56,839 nt of DNA from assembly GCA_017463565.1 (NCBI GenBank), contig JAFTOZ010000004.1:1-56839 (forward strand), read 5' to 3'. This DNA is from Clostridia bacterium. GTDB lineage: Bacteria > Bacillota > Clostridia > Christensenellales > CAG-1252. Position 1 is the first letter of the stretch. Each line of letters starts with the position of its first letter. This document shows, piece after piece, positions 1 to 8,963 of the stretch. The notes below the pieces were generated by a model, which worked only from the letters and a program-made list of their open reading frames with translations, did not search any database and was not told where the DNA came from. Both the position numbers and the translations under genes were made by a program.

Positions 1-134
1 CGAGACTCGCAGAGAAAAGTGTGAGGAACTGATTACGGCCATGGTAAACAAGCCATTGTAGGCGTAGGGCTTTGAAATGGCGTATCGAAATATGCTACAA
101 TAGGAATAATCGAACCAAGAAAAGAGGGTGGAAG

Positions 135-671
135 ATGAAATTGGTAATGATTATAGGTGCCGGTGCGGTTGGCAAAATGACCGTGGGGCAGGAACTTGCG
201 AAAATCACAAATCTGCGGTTGTTTCACAACCATATGATGATCGAGCCGGTGCTCGAGATTTTTGGCAGGTTCAAAGGCGATACCATTCTGAAACTGCGTG
301 AGGTGATTTTTGAGGATTTTATCGCCGACGCGCAAGAGGGCATGATCCACACCTTTATGTGGGCGTTTGATATGCAGTCGGATTGGGAGTACGTAGAAAA
401 CCTTGCGAAAAAGTTTGACGAGGTGTATTGCGTGGAGTTGATTGCCTCGCAGGAGGTGCGCCTTGGGCGAAACAAATCGGAAAACAGACTGGCAAACAAA
501 GCCTCCAAGCGAGACGTAGAGGCCTCCAACGGCCGCCTTTTGAACGAGGACAGATATCGGTTGGTGAGCAACGAGGGGGAAGTCCCCTTTGCGAACTACT
601 TGCGAATCAACAACGAGAATATATCTGCAGAAGAAGCGGCAAAGCTCATCAAGGAGAGATTTGGTCTGTAG
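135..671 (+). CDS. P-loop NTPase / small-molecule-kinase-like ATP-binding protein
   Basis: Part of ORF 72..671. Walker A motif GAGAVGKMTVG follows directly after the internal Met at 135, which is preceded by AGAGGGTGG. The 21 upstream codons look like a read-through extension. Confidence 0.6.
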   Translation: MKLVMIIGAGAVGKMTVGQELAKITNLRLFHNHMMIEPVLEIFGRFKGDTILKLREVIFEDFIADAQEGMIHTFMWAFDMQSDWEYVENLAKKFDEVYCVELIASQEVRLGRNKSENRLANKASKRDVEASNGRLLNEDRYRLVSNEGEVPFANYLRINNENISAEEAAKLIKERFGL

Positions 672-705
672 GGGCACAAAAGTGGGCCCCTTGGGGTAGT
701 GGGGA

Positions 706-1671
706 ATGATTCGCGCGTTTTTGTTAGACAAATACGGCATATCCGCATTGGATATCAGGCAGATGACTACGGGTGCCGGCGGCACTACGTATCGGGTTTG
801 CACGAGCGAGAAATCCTACGTGCTGAAGCTCGCCAAGGAGGACGCGATGAATCACCCAAGACTAGAGCCTACCGTATGTGCGGTGTTGAGAAGCAATGGA
901 ATCAACACCCTCTGCTTTGTGCCAAGCAAGGACGGCGAATATAGCACGCTACTGGATGGATATATTGCCAACCTGTATGAATACGTAGAAGGAGATACGG
1001 TCGCGCACAATTCCCTGTCGGCGGAAAAAGTCGACGAGTGTGCTGCGCTCCTTGCCAAAATCAACGTAGCGTTGCAGAATATGGATTTGCCGATGGGTCT
1101 GTCGCAGGGCTTCTTTGATTTTATGACCCCCGACCGCGCCCTGCAATCTTATTTGCAGTCTTTGGAAAAAGCAAGGGAAATCAAGGACGCGGAAATTATC
1201 CGCAGCATAGAAAACAGAATCGAATTGTTGCCGTACATACACGGGTGGCAGTTTGATTGCGCCAAACTCACCTTTTGCAATTCTCACGGCGACTATACCA
1301 ACAACCAACTGATTTTGCAGGGGGAGTGTGTTCATATCATCGACTTTACCTGTTGTTGCCGGCAACCCGTTGTGTGGGAACTGACGAGGTTTTTCTTTCA
1401 CGCAGACAAAACCGCAAAGGACGGCGCATTTGACGAAAAGCGGTATAGGGAGTATCTGCGCAACTACACCAGTATAGTACGGTTAACCGACTACGATTTA
1501 GATAACGCATATAAACTCTACTTCTATCAAATATTGGTGTGCGACTACTATAGCCAATATCTGGCAGAAAAGGATGATATCAAGAAAAAAGACTATCTCA
1601 CCCAAGCCAATTTTGCATCAAAAATTCTCAATGCCAACAGCGAGTTGATTAAAAATGCACAGAAAGGCTAA
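706..1671 (+). CDS. APH/choline-kinase-family phosphotransferase
   Basis: 321-aa ORF with catalytic-loop motif HGDYTNNQ followed by IIDF (metal-binding Asp), the signature of aminoglycoside-phosphotransferase-like kinases. Confidence 0.65.
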   Translation: MIRAFLLDKYGISALDIRQMTTGAGGTTYRVCTSEKSYVLKLAKEDAMNHPRLEPTVCAVLRSNGINTLCFVPSKDGEYSTLLDGYIANLYEYVEGDTVAHNSLSAEKVDECAALLAKINVALQNMDLPMGLSQGFFDFMTPDRALQSYLQSLEKAREIKDAEIIRSIENRIELLPYIHGWQFDCAKLTFCNSHGDYTNNQLILQGECVHIIDFTCCCRQPVVWELTRFFFHADKTAKDGAFDEKRYREYLRNYTSIVRLTDYDLDNAYKLYFYQILVCDYYSQYLAEKDDIKKKDYLTQANFASKILNANSELIKNAQKG

Positions 1672-1677
1672 TTGGGA

Positions 1678-1705
1678 TTGCAAGGATAGCGAATTTTGGT
1701 ATAAT
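1678..1705 (+). promoter_or_regulatory. sigma-A-type promoter with extended -10 in front of the TIR gene
   Basis: TTGCAA (1678..1683), 16-nt spacer, TGgTATAAT (TATAAT at 1700..1705). It lies 24 nt upstream of the ATG at 1729 and starts just after the APH stop codon. Confidence 0.55.
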
Positions 1706-1728
1706 GAGAGTATAAAAAGGAGCAAACA

Positions 1729-3324
1729 ATGGACGTATTTGTGATAGCAGAACAAGATCCACACCAGATTGTCAAAAAGATGGCAGAGGTGGGCATTCAT
1801 TCGGTGTACGAGTCCAGCGTGAAGGCAAGCGGCGTCACCTGGTTTGAGGAAGAAGGGATATATATTCGCCTTTCCAAGTTGGTGGTGGCTCTGGTGGACG
1901 AGGAACTGTTGGCGGACGAGTGCGACGCCTATGCGCTCAATTACGCCAAAAATTGCCGCTTATCCGTCTATGCGCTCATGCAAGGGGCTACGGACGAGGT
2001 GGAGGCGGCATTTTCCTCACGCTATCCCGAGTGTGAGGTTTTCTCCGACCCCAACAAACTGCTCAGCGCTATCATGGAATTCCAAATCACCCACCGCACC
2101 GGCTCGGGTCTTTCTGTCAAGGCAGATATGTATTTCCGTGCCGCCCTCTACGACGAGGCGCTGTCTGTGTGCAAGGAATATTTAGAGTACGCCACCGAGG
2201 AATTGCAACATTTGTCGGGATTGCCTGCCGTACAAATCAAAAAGGACGTTTGCACGATCCTCGAGATGGTAGCCTGTATTTACTTCATCCGCCGAGATTA
2301 CGAAAAGGTAGAAACGGCGCTCCGCAAGCAAATTGCCGTGGTAGAGGATGAAAGGGTGATATGGGGTACGGACCACCTGTTGTATGCACGCCATCTGTTG
2401 CTCACTTTCTACACCGCCTACTATCCGGACCGCGCCAAAGAAGAGGAACTGCGAGGACTGGTAGAGGGCAAGCAATGCTTTGGGTTCGACGAACAAGAGG
2501 CCCAACGGCAAACGGACAAAATGTTGCAGCGTGTCCTGCTCTATTTTGAGCGTTGCACCCGCCTGTTGCACCGCTACGAAGAGGAGCAATCGGACAAGCG
2601 CGAAATCCCCACCGACAATATCCACAAACTGATTGCCGAGCATATCGAAACGAGCATTTTACTCTTCAACGAGCTTGCCAAGCAGGGTGTACCCCTTGGT
2701 TTTGGCGAGTGTCTGTCCACCGGCTACGAGCGGTTGATGGAATATTGCCGTATCATCGGCGAGCGCAAGCTGGCGGTGCGCTGTCTGGACGCTATCGCCG
2801 CCAACGTCAAGGTGGGGCATATGATGCAGGCCAAAGAGAATGAGGAAGCGATGCTCAACCTCAAATGCATCAAGGCATATCTTGGCCAGACCCAACCCGA
2901 TTCGGGCAACTACGACGCCTTTATCTCCCACCGCGCCGCCGACACCGAAATGGCAATGACGGTCTATACCCTGTTGCGAGCAAAAGGCAAGGAAACCTTC
3001 CTGGACCGTGTGAGCCTACCCGTTTTGGGGGATTCGGAATATCGCAATTCCATTTTGGAGGCCATCGACAATAGCGCACACCTGATATTGGTCTCCTCGG
3101 GCGTGGACTTTTTCGACTCCAAGTGGGTCAAAGAGGAATGCAATATGTTCTGCGACGAAAAGAGAGAGGGGCGCAAGAGCGGAAACCTGGTGATGGTATT
3201 CCCACGCTCCGTCTGCAACGAGATTTTTGCCGCCAACAAGCGAAACCTGCCTATACAACTGCGCTCTTTCGAAATCATAGCCCTCGAGGATATCGAAAAG
3301 TACCTGTTGCAGTATATCGTCTAG
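1729..3324 (+). CDS. TIR-domain protein with a long helical (TPR-like?) N-terminal region
   Basis: RBS AAAAAGGAG upstream. The C-terminal ~135 aa carry YDAFISHRAAD (TIR beta-A strand) and SKWVKEEC (SxWxxxE motif carrying the catalytic Glu in NADase TIRs). I recognise no motif in the N-terminal ~390 aa. Confidence 0.75.
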   Translation: MDVFVIAEQDPHQIVKKMAEVGIHSVYESSVKASGVTWFEEEGIYIRLSKLVVALVDEELLADECDAYALNYAKNCRLSVYALMQGATDEVEAAFSSRYPECEVFSDPNKLLSAIMEFQITHRTGSGLSVKADMYFRAALYDEALSVCKEYLEYATEELQHLSGLPAVQIKKDVCTILEMVACIYFIRRDYEKVETALRKQIAVVEDERVIWGTDHLLYARHLLLTFYTAYYPDRAKEEELRGLVEGKQCFGFDEQEAQRQTDKMLQRVLLYFERCTRLLHRYEEEQSDKREIPTDNIHKLIAEHIETSILLFNELAKQGVPLGFGECLSTGYERLMEYCRIIGERKLAVRCLDAIAANVKVGHMMQAKENEEAMLNLKCIKAYLGQTQPDSGNYDAFISHRAADTEMAMTVYTLLRAKGKETFLDRVSLPVLGDSEYRNSILEAIDNSAHLILVSSGVDFFDSKWVKEECNMFCDEKREGRKSGNLVMVFPRSVCNEIFAANKRNLPIQLRSFEIIALEDIEKYLLQYIV

Positions 3325-3341
3325 GCGCAAGAGCGGATACG

Positions 3342-3368
3342 AAAGCAGTCTTCGGACTGCTTTTTTGT
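3342..3368 (+). terminator. rho-independent terminator after the TIR gene
   Basis: AAAGCAGTC-TTCG-GACTGCTTT stem-loop followed by a T-run. Confidence 0.8.
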
Positions 3369-3596
3369 TTACACAGAGCGCAAAACTCGTGCAAAAGCCA
3401 AGTTGTATGCAAACAGAATGCCACGCAAGGTAGGCGTTTGGCTCTTGCTCCTTTGCCCAAAGCAGACCTTTGCAACAGGAAAACCCCTTGCGCTCGCCCC
3501 TCTTGCAGGGGCAGAAAGGGGAGGGGATTGCCCCAATAGGGGCAATGATCTTCTGTAAAAAATCGAGAAAAGAGGGGGTTTTGCGGAAATAGGGTA

Positions 3597-3624
3597 TTGA
3601 CTATTTGGGCGGAATAGGTATAAT
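3597..3624 (+). promoter_or_regulatory. sigma-A-type promoter of the membrane-protein pair
   Basis: TTGACT (3597..3602), 16-nt spacer, TATAAT (3619..3624), about 55 nt upstream of the ATG at 3680. Confidence 0.55.
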
Positions 3625-3679
3625 TAAAATATACCTAAATGCAACAAAGGTTGCGGAAAACTATGTCGAGGAGAACTTC

Positions 3680-5368
3680 ATGAAACCCAAACCCTTTCTC
3701 AAACTGCAAAGAAAGAAATCCATGTTTGGCGTGCTGAAGGCGATCGCATACTGTGCAGGTTTCCCCTTACTGCTCCTTTTCGTGATTGCAGGTAGCGTGC
3801 AGTTTATGCACGAGTACGTGTTCGAAAAGACGTGGTATTTGGGAATCGGAATTGCTTTGCTCCCGTGGCTGTTGACGGCCATTCTGCAGATTGTGTTCAA
3901 CCGATTCAGCTCGTCGCAATATATCAAGACCTTGGTCGTGGCGATCGTGGCGGTGGCGTGCGTATTGGGCACGGCCGGCATTTTGGATTTGCACGGCGCG
4001 GCTGTCATCGAGGAAGTCAAGGCAGAGTACGAGGATACCGCCGTGGACATTCCTACCATCGACTACCTCAAGGGACACTATTTGACCACAACCAAATACT
4101 TCCCCAGTGAGTTGGACGGTTTCTACGATGATCTCGACGAGTTCTGCATGATCTACAACGTGGGCACCCGTATTGATATCCGCAATGGCGAAAATAGCGA
4201 CGGCACCCCCTACGTGGTGGACAAAAAGACAGGTCTTCCCATGAACCCCAACGGCCTGGTGAGCGAGTGCTTCGTCTACGACGCACGCTTTGCCATCGAC
4301 GTGATTTTGGACTATATCGAGAGCGAGGAATATCTGCTTTCGCACAAAATCACCAGGACCGAGGGTGGCGAGGACGTTGCTCTGACCAGTGAGGAAATCT
4401 ACCGTGAGTTGATTGCTTTGGTCGAGGCAAGCGACGCCTATACCACCTATCAAACCTCGGAGGAATATTTGGCGGCATACAGCAAGGAAAAGGACGAGAA
4501 CGGCGACTACGTTGGCTCTGCCTACCGTGTGATGTTGGACCTTGCCGACCTCGACGATATGTTGCCTGCTTTGCTTCGCCACGTGGGCGTTGCGCTGCTG
4601 AACAACGATCTGATCGGTTCGCTCAGTATGATCACCAGTATGATCAAGTTGGACGAACTGTTTGAACAAGCATCCCTGCCCGACGCTACCGTGGAAAGCT
4701 TGCTGACCTATATCCAAGATACCTTCTGGCCCCAAGTGCGCTCTTTGGTGGGCGGTCTGTTGCCTGCCGAGACCTTGGCACAAATCGAGGGTATCATTGC
4801 TGGGCTGCAAGTGAGCCAGTTGGAGGAACTGTTGGAAGAGTTGACCTACTACTATTCGCCTGCGGTGTTGCCCTCCTTTGCTTTCATCGAGCCCGCCAAT
4901 ATCGCAACGCCCGGTGTGGACGGCTCCTACGAGTTGACGGTAGCCGACACCACCCTGACCTTTGCCGACGAGGCGGAGTTCTCTGCTTTCTCGGCAGAGC
5001 TCAAGCGCTATGCATACGCTCGCTACTACGCCAAGATCAACGGCGCCTATATCGGCTCGGTGTTGATTCCCAACAACGATGTAGGTATCGGCACTCTGTT
5101 GAATAGTGAGGGTCGTATCGGTATGGTTACCCTCAACGACAACGGTTTCGACAACAGCAAGGCTTGGACGCGCGACGAACTGTTGCAACTCAAGGCAGAG
5201 TTGTCCTACGTGCCCCAGTTGTTCCCCTTGTTGACGGCTCGCCGCTTCCTCTATACCTTTGCGGGTATGGTAGCGCTGAGCATCATCCTCTTCTATCAAT
5301 TTGGACGCCGCCAAGATGAGGTCATCGAGGAAATGTGCGCCCTCAAAGGAGGTGCTTGCCATGAGTAA
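3680..5368 (+). CDS. large membrane protein of unknown function (N-terminal TM bundle, acidic ectodomain, C-terminal TM)
   Basis: Part of ORF 3605..5368. Start placed at the Met at 3680, behind GAGGAG. Hydrophobic segments near both termini; no catalytic motif recognised. Confidence 0.7.
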   Translation: MKPKPFLKLQRKKSMFGVLKAIAYCAGFPLLLLFVIAGSVQFMHEYVFEKTWYLGIGIALLPWLLTAILQIVFNRFSSSQYIKTLVVAIVAVACVLGTAGILDLHGAAVIEEVKAEYEDTAVDIPTIDYLKGHYLTTTKYFPSELDGFYDDLDEFCMIYNVGTRIDIRNGENSDGTPYVVDKKTGLPMNPNGLVSECFVYDARFAIDVILDYIESEEYLLSHKITRTEGGEDVALTSEEIYRELIALVEASDAYTTYQTSEEYLAAYSKEKDENGDYVGSAYRVMLDLADLDDMLPALLRHVGVALLNNDLIGSLSMITSMIKLDELFEQASLPDATVESLLTYIQDTFWPQVRSLVGGLLPAETLAQIEGIIAGLQVSQLEELLEELTYYYSPAVLPSFAFIEPANIATPGVDGSYELTVADTTLTFADEAEFSAFSAELKRYAYARYYAKINGAYIGSVLIPNNDVGIGTLLNSEGRIGMVTLNDNGFDNSKAWTRDELLQLKAELSYVPQLFPLLTARRFLYTFAGMVALSIILFYQFGRRQDEVIEEMCALKGGACHE

Positions 5369-6932
5369 GAAACAAAAAATCGCCGCAACGATTGCAAAAG
5401 TTGCCCTGCACGTGGTCGGTTTCCCCGTGCTGTTCCTCGTGGTGTTGCTCATCAATCTCGAGGTCATCAAGGGCGGTATCAGCTACGGTCTGCCTGTGTT
5501 CGTCAGCTTGATCGTCACCGCCGTCATGGCTATCATTTTCTACGCCACCTATTTCTTGGTGCGTACCAAAAAGAGCCGTTCTATTCGCAACCAACACGTC
5601 ATCATCGCCATCGTAGCCCTGTGTTCTTTGATGGGTTTGTGGATGGTGGTAGACGCATTTCTGCCCGAGCCTCTGGAGACCGCCACTTCTTCCACCCTGC
5701 GTTGGGAGGATCTGTCGGATAACTGGGCGGCACGTGCCGAGGTCAACGAGGACTTGTTGGAGGACTATATCACCCTCAACTATACCCTGGGCAGATTGGA
5801 GGGCGAGACCCTCGATACCTACCTCAAAGAGGGCAATAGCAACGATCAAGTGGCAGAGCTGTTGAAGCAAGACTTCAGCGCAATCGACCAAAACGGCTAC
5901 GCTACCTTTGTGGGTCCCAGTATCGACTATGCCCAAATGGACCGTATGACAATCCCCGTGCTGTTGCACCTGTTGTTGGACGATCGTGACGACCAAAAGG
6001 CCAGCACCGCCGACGGTCTCAGCCTGGAGATCAAGATGCCCGTCTACCGTGATTGGAACGGTGACGAGGTGCATATCGTACGTGCCTACGATCCCGATGC
6101 AGGCAACGGCTATCTGTTTGTGGACGAGGACTTCAACAAGACATCCAGCACTTCCGAGCTGTATATCGTCAAACCCAACACCGAATCCACCAAGACCCCT
6201 GCTACCGATTGGTTGGCAGAGAAGCGCGTGAATATGGGCCCCGTGGACGGCAAGGTCAACGAGGAAATCGAGACGATGGCTTGCGCTACCGCCGAGGAAG
6301 CGTTGTCCTATCTGACCGCCACCTATCCCGACGCCGTGGATAACTACTATATCTGTACCTACGAGCCTCGCCTGATTCGTTGGACGGTGCTGGATATGAT
6401 GGGTGATCCCATGGCAATGGGTCTGCTTGGCCCCGACATGATGGAGTTGGATATCGACGCCGCTATTGCCGGCGCAACCGGTGGCATGATCAACTTGGGT
6501 ATGGGTACCGTTGGTGATATGTTGGATAGCGAGCTGGTGCAAGACACCCTCATCATTGCCGGCGAAATGATTGGTAGCGACGATCTGTTGGGCGCTCCCA
6601 TCTACATTTCTTTCGACAAATCCACCGGTTCCCTGGTGCTGACTCCCAGCAATAGCGCACGCGGTGTGTTGGGCTATATGCAAATGGGTTGGTTGAACAG
6701 TAACGGTCTGCTGTACGTGATCGTCAGTTTGTTCTCCTGCCGTACCGTGTTCTATATCTACGCGCCTATCATGGCTCTGATCGCTATCGCTCTGGGTTGG
6801 ATCCGCGAAAAGGAAGCGGCGCTTTCGGGCGGAGAGCCCACCCCCAAGCGTTCTTTGCGCAAGAAGAAAGGGGAGCAGGCAGAGGAAGTGGCAGAGACCC
6901 CTGCCGAGGAAGAAGTTCTTTTGGAGGACTAA
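5361..6932 (+). CDS. large membrane protein of unknown function, same architecture as the upstream gene
   Basis: Part of ORF 5301..6932. Start placed at the Met at 5361, behind AAAGGAGG. Overlaps the upstream stop by 8 nt. N-terminal TM segments, acidic ectodomain, C-terminal TM and a charged tail. Confidence 0.7.
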   Translation: MSKKQKIAATIAKVALHVVGFPVLFLVVLLINLEVIKGGISYGLPVFVSLIVTAVMAIIFYATYFLVRTKKSRSIRNQHVIIAIVALCSLMGLWMVVDAFLPEPLETATSSTLRWEDLSDNWAARAEVNEDLLEDYITLNYTLGRLEGETLDTYLKEGNSNDQVAELLKQDFSAIDQNGYATFVGPSIDYAQMDRMTIPVLLHLLLDDRDDQKASTADGLSLEIKMPVYRDWNGDEVHIVRAYDPDAGNGYLFVDEDFNKTSSTSELYIVKPNTESTKTPATDWLAEKRVNMGPVDGKVNEEIETMACATAEEALSYLTATYPDAVDNYYICTYEPRLIRWTVLDMMGDPMAMGLLGPDMMELDIDAAIAGATGGMINLGMGTVGDMLDSELVQDTLIIAGEMIGSDDLLGAPIYISFDKSTGSLVLTPSNSARGVLGYMQMGWLNSNGLLYVIVSLFSCRTVFYIYAPIMALIAIALGWIREKEAALSGGEPTPKRSLRKKKGEQAEEVAETPAEEEVLLED

Positions 6933-6987
6933 GCGAATATCCGTTGGGTCAAGGTTGACCCACGCAAACAAAAATCATCGCAAGAAT

Positions 6988-7178
6988 GCGTGTTCTCCGT
7001 TAAGGATAACACGCAATGAATTGCAACCTCGCGGTTGCGTGAATTGAAAGCCGTGCTTTCGTGAATTGCCTGCGGCATGAATTGTGCCCACTAGCACATT
7101 GGTTGCAATTCAATTCATGGAGCGGAGCGAGAAATCATGGCGAAGCCAATTCATGATTCGTCAGAATCAATTCATTCG
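6988..7178. repeat. hairpin-punctuated short-motif array A (4 direct RTGAATTG, then 4 inverted CAATTCAT)
   Basis: Direct copies start at 7016, 7039, 7061 and 7077. Inverted copies start at 7111, 7147 and 7168, with a degenerate copy near 7132. Linkers are unique mini-hairpins such as CAACC-TCGC-GGTTG and AAAGC-CGT-GCTTT. Confidence 0.7.
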
Positions 7179-7188
7179 TAAAAACAGA

Positions 7189-7245
7189 AAGAGCAAGAAT
7201 AGAAGGAAACTTCTCCTTTTACTCTTGCTCTTTTTTGCTTGTAAT
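7189..7245. terminator. long hairpin terminator, probably bidirectional
   Basis: GAGCAAGA...TCTTGCTC outer stem with an inner GAAG-GAAA-CTTC hairpin. A-run upstream and T-run downstream. Confidence 0.6.
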
Positions 7246-7388
7246 AAGGGTTTGGGCATAGCCCAAGTACATTTGGCTAGTCAAACGCGATGCTTGCACT
7301 ACGTTGAATATTCAAATTCTCCGCTAAGAACATCACGCTAATCCCTTGCGATGATTTTTTATGTCTACGGTAGAGAAAGGAAACTTGT

Positions 7389-8156
7389 CTATAAATTGCC
7401 CTCTATCAACAGTTTGTCTGCAACCAGCGCAATAAACTCGCCGTTGGTAGGCTTTTCGTTGGCGCTATACACTTTGATTCCAAAGATATGGTTGACGTTT
7501 TCAATCTTGCCTTTATTCCAAGCCACCTCGATAGCGTGGCGAATAGCACGCTCCACCTTGCTGGGGCTTGTGGCAAACCGCACCGCCACCGCAGGGTACA
7601 GACGTTTGGTGATACTGTTGATGATATCGGGATTTTCTATGGTCAGTTTGACCGCCTCTCGCAGATAATGGTAGCCCTTGATATGGGCAGGGATGCCCAC
7701 CGTAATGAAGATATTGCTCAACTTTTCGTCCAGCGTTCGGCTGAGTTGTGCACGTGCAGAGGGGGTCGCCAGGGCACAGGCCGCCTCGGACGGGGTGGCG
7801 GTATCGATCAACCTTTCCGCCAACGCCTTGACGTTGAGGGGCTTTGTCATATAGTAACGCGCGCCCGAGGAAAGAGCACGGCTCACAAACTCGTCCCCAA
7901 TCGGCAGGGATACGGCAATGGTATGCACCTTCAATCCGCTCTCCGACAGGGTATGCAACACGTCCAAACCGTCTATGGTGGGCATCATCATATCCAACAC
8001 CATTGCGTCCGGACGAAAGCTTTCGCACGCCTTGATGGCAGACAGGCCGTCGTATACGGCGCTCACCTCAAACAGCTCGGTAGCCGCCAACTCACGTTTG
8101 AGCTCGTCACAATAGGCAACGTTGTCATCCACTACTAAAATCCTGGTTTTTCTCAT
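7389..8156 (-). CDS. spo0A: sporulation master regulator Spo0A
   Basis: N-terminal receiver domain (ILVVDDN...DAMVLDMMMP). The C-terminal Spo0A-specific DNA-binding domain includes GIPAHIKGYHYLREAV and SKVERAIRHAIEVAW. Confidence 0.93.
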   Translation of the reverse strand: MRKTRILVVDDNVAYCDELKRELAATELFEVSAVYDGLSAIKACESFRPDAMVLDMMMPTIDGLDVLHTLSESGLKVHTIAVSLPIGDEFVSRALSSGARYYMTKPLNVKALAERLIDTATPSEAACALATPSARAQLSRTLDEKLSNIFITVGIPAHIKGYHYLREAVKLTIENPDIINSITKRLYPAVAVRFATSPSKVERAIRHAIEVAWNKGKIENVNHIFGIKVYSANEKPTNGEFIALVADKLLIEGNL

Positions 8157-8236
8157 ATCTCCACTCCTTTTGGGTCTATTATAACAAAATCCACTATAAT
8201 CGGCAAAAATGGGCTATGGCTAATTTTGTCTAACTC

Positions 8237-8243
8237 TGTCGAA
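8237..8243 (+). promoter_or_regulatory. candidate 0A box (TGTCGAA) in the spo0A upstream region
   Basis: Exact match to the TGNCGAA consensus, 81 nt upstream of the spo0A ATG. It is a single 7-mer, so a chance match is possible. Confidence 0.3.
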
Positions 8244-8431
8244 GGGGTGGTGATTTGTTGGTTTTTTGCCGACTCAGACCCTCCTGCGCAACCGTGAACG
8301 GAAAATATGCATATTTTTTCGAAAAAAGTGCTATTTTCGCACAAGTTTTTTACAAAAACAGTTTACAAACCTATCCTTTATCCATATAATAAGTGCAACT
8401 TGATACACGCATAATACAAGGAGTGATTTTT

Positions 8432-8938
8432 ATGGCAAAATACAAAAAATGCCCCCGTTGCGAATTGAACTATATTCTGGAGGCCGAGGAGTACTGTTCC
8501 GTATGTCTGGACGAACTCAAGGGCGTGATCGTCAACGACCTGGAGTTGGAGGAGGAATACAGCAAGCTTTGCCCCCGTTGCGGTGTGAACTACATTGCAG
8601 ATGACCAGGAATATTGCGAGGTCTGTCGCGCTGAGGTAGAGGAACTGCACGCTATCCACGATGCAGAGGACGCTCCTTGGGCAGATACAGGCACCGACGG
8701 CGAGGAGGTTTCTTTGGACGAGATGGTAGAGGATGCCGACGAGGACGATGCTGAGTTGGACGAGGCCCTGGTTTTGGACGAGAGCATGCTGGCCGAGTTG
8801 GAGTCTGCTGCCGAGGACGAGGAAGACGAGGACGAAGACGAGGAAGACGAGGACGATTTCGACGACTTCGACGATCTGGACGACCTGGACTTCGAGGACG
8901 AGGACGAAGAAGACGGGGAGGAAGACGAGGATTTCTAA
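8432..8938 (+). CDS. duplicated zinc-ribbon protein with an extremely acidic C-terminal tail
   Basis: Part of ORF 8393..8938. Start placed at the Met at 8432, behind AAGGAG. Two tandem modules CPRCxxNYI...EYCxVC, then ~90 aa dominated by D/E. Confidence 0.7.
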   Translation: MAKYKKCPRCELNYILEAEEYCSVCLDELKGVIVNDLELEEEYSKLCPRCGVNYIADDQEYCEVCRAEVEELHAIHDAEDAPWADTGTDGEEVSLDEMVEDADEDDAELDEALVLDESMLAELESAAEDEEDEDEDEEDEDDFDDFDDLDDLDFEDEDEEDGEEDEDF

Positions 8939-8963
8939 TCTTTGTGCAAAACCCTGATAACAA

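Noticed and set aside
3767-6971. Very long minus-strand ORFs (3767..5470, 567 aa; 5343..6971, 542 aa) antisense to the two membrane-protein genes.
   Set aside because: Their translations are low-complexity and rich in G, Q, H, V and R, with no motifs or RBS. The plus-strand frames have RBSs, coupled starts and coherent TM topology. These are typical shadow ORFs of G+C-rich coding DNA.
6988-7178. Possibility that arrays A and B (34446..34612) are CRISPR arrays.
   Set aside because: The repeats are only 8-9 nt, the spacers are 8-27 nt and self-complementary, and half the copies are inverted. No cas genes or leader are present.
7084-7341. 85-aa ORF across repeat array A and the following terminator.
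   Set aside because: The reading frame is made of the repeat motifs and a terminator hairpin (a poly-Leu stretch). It has no RBS.
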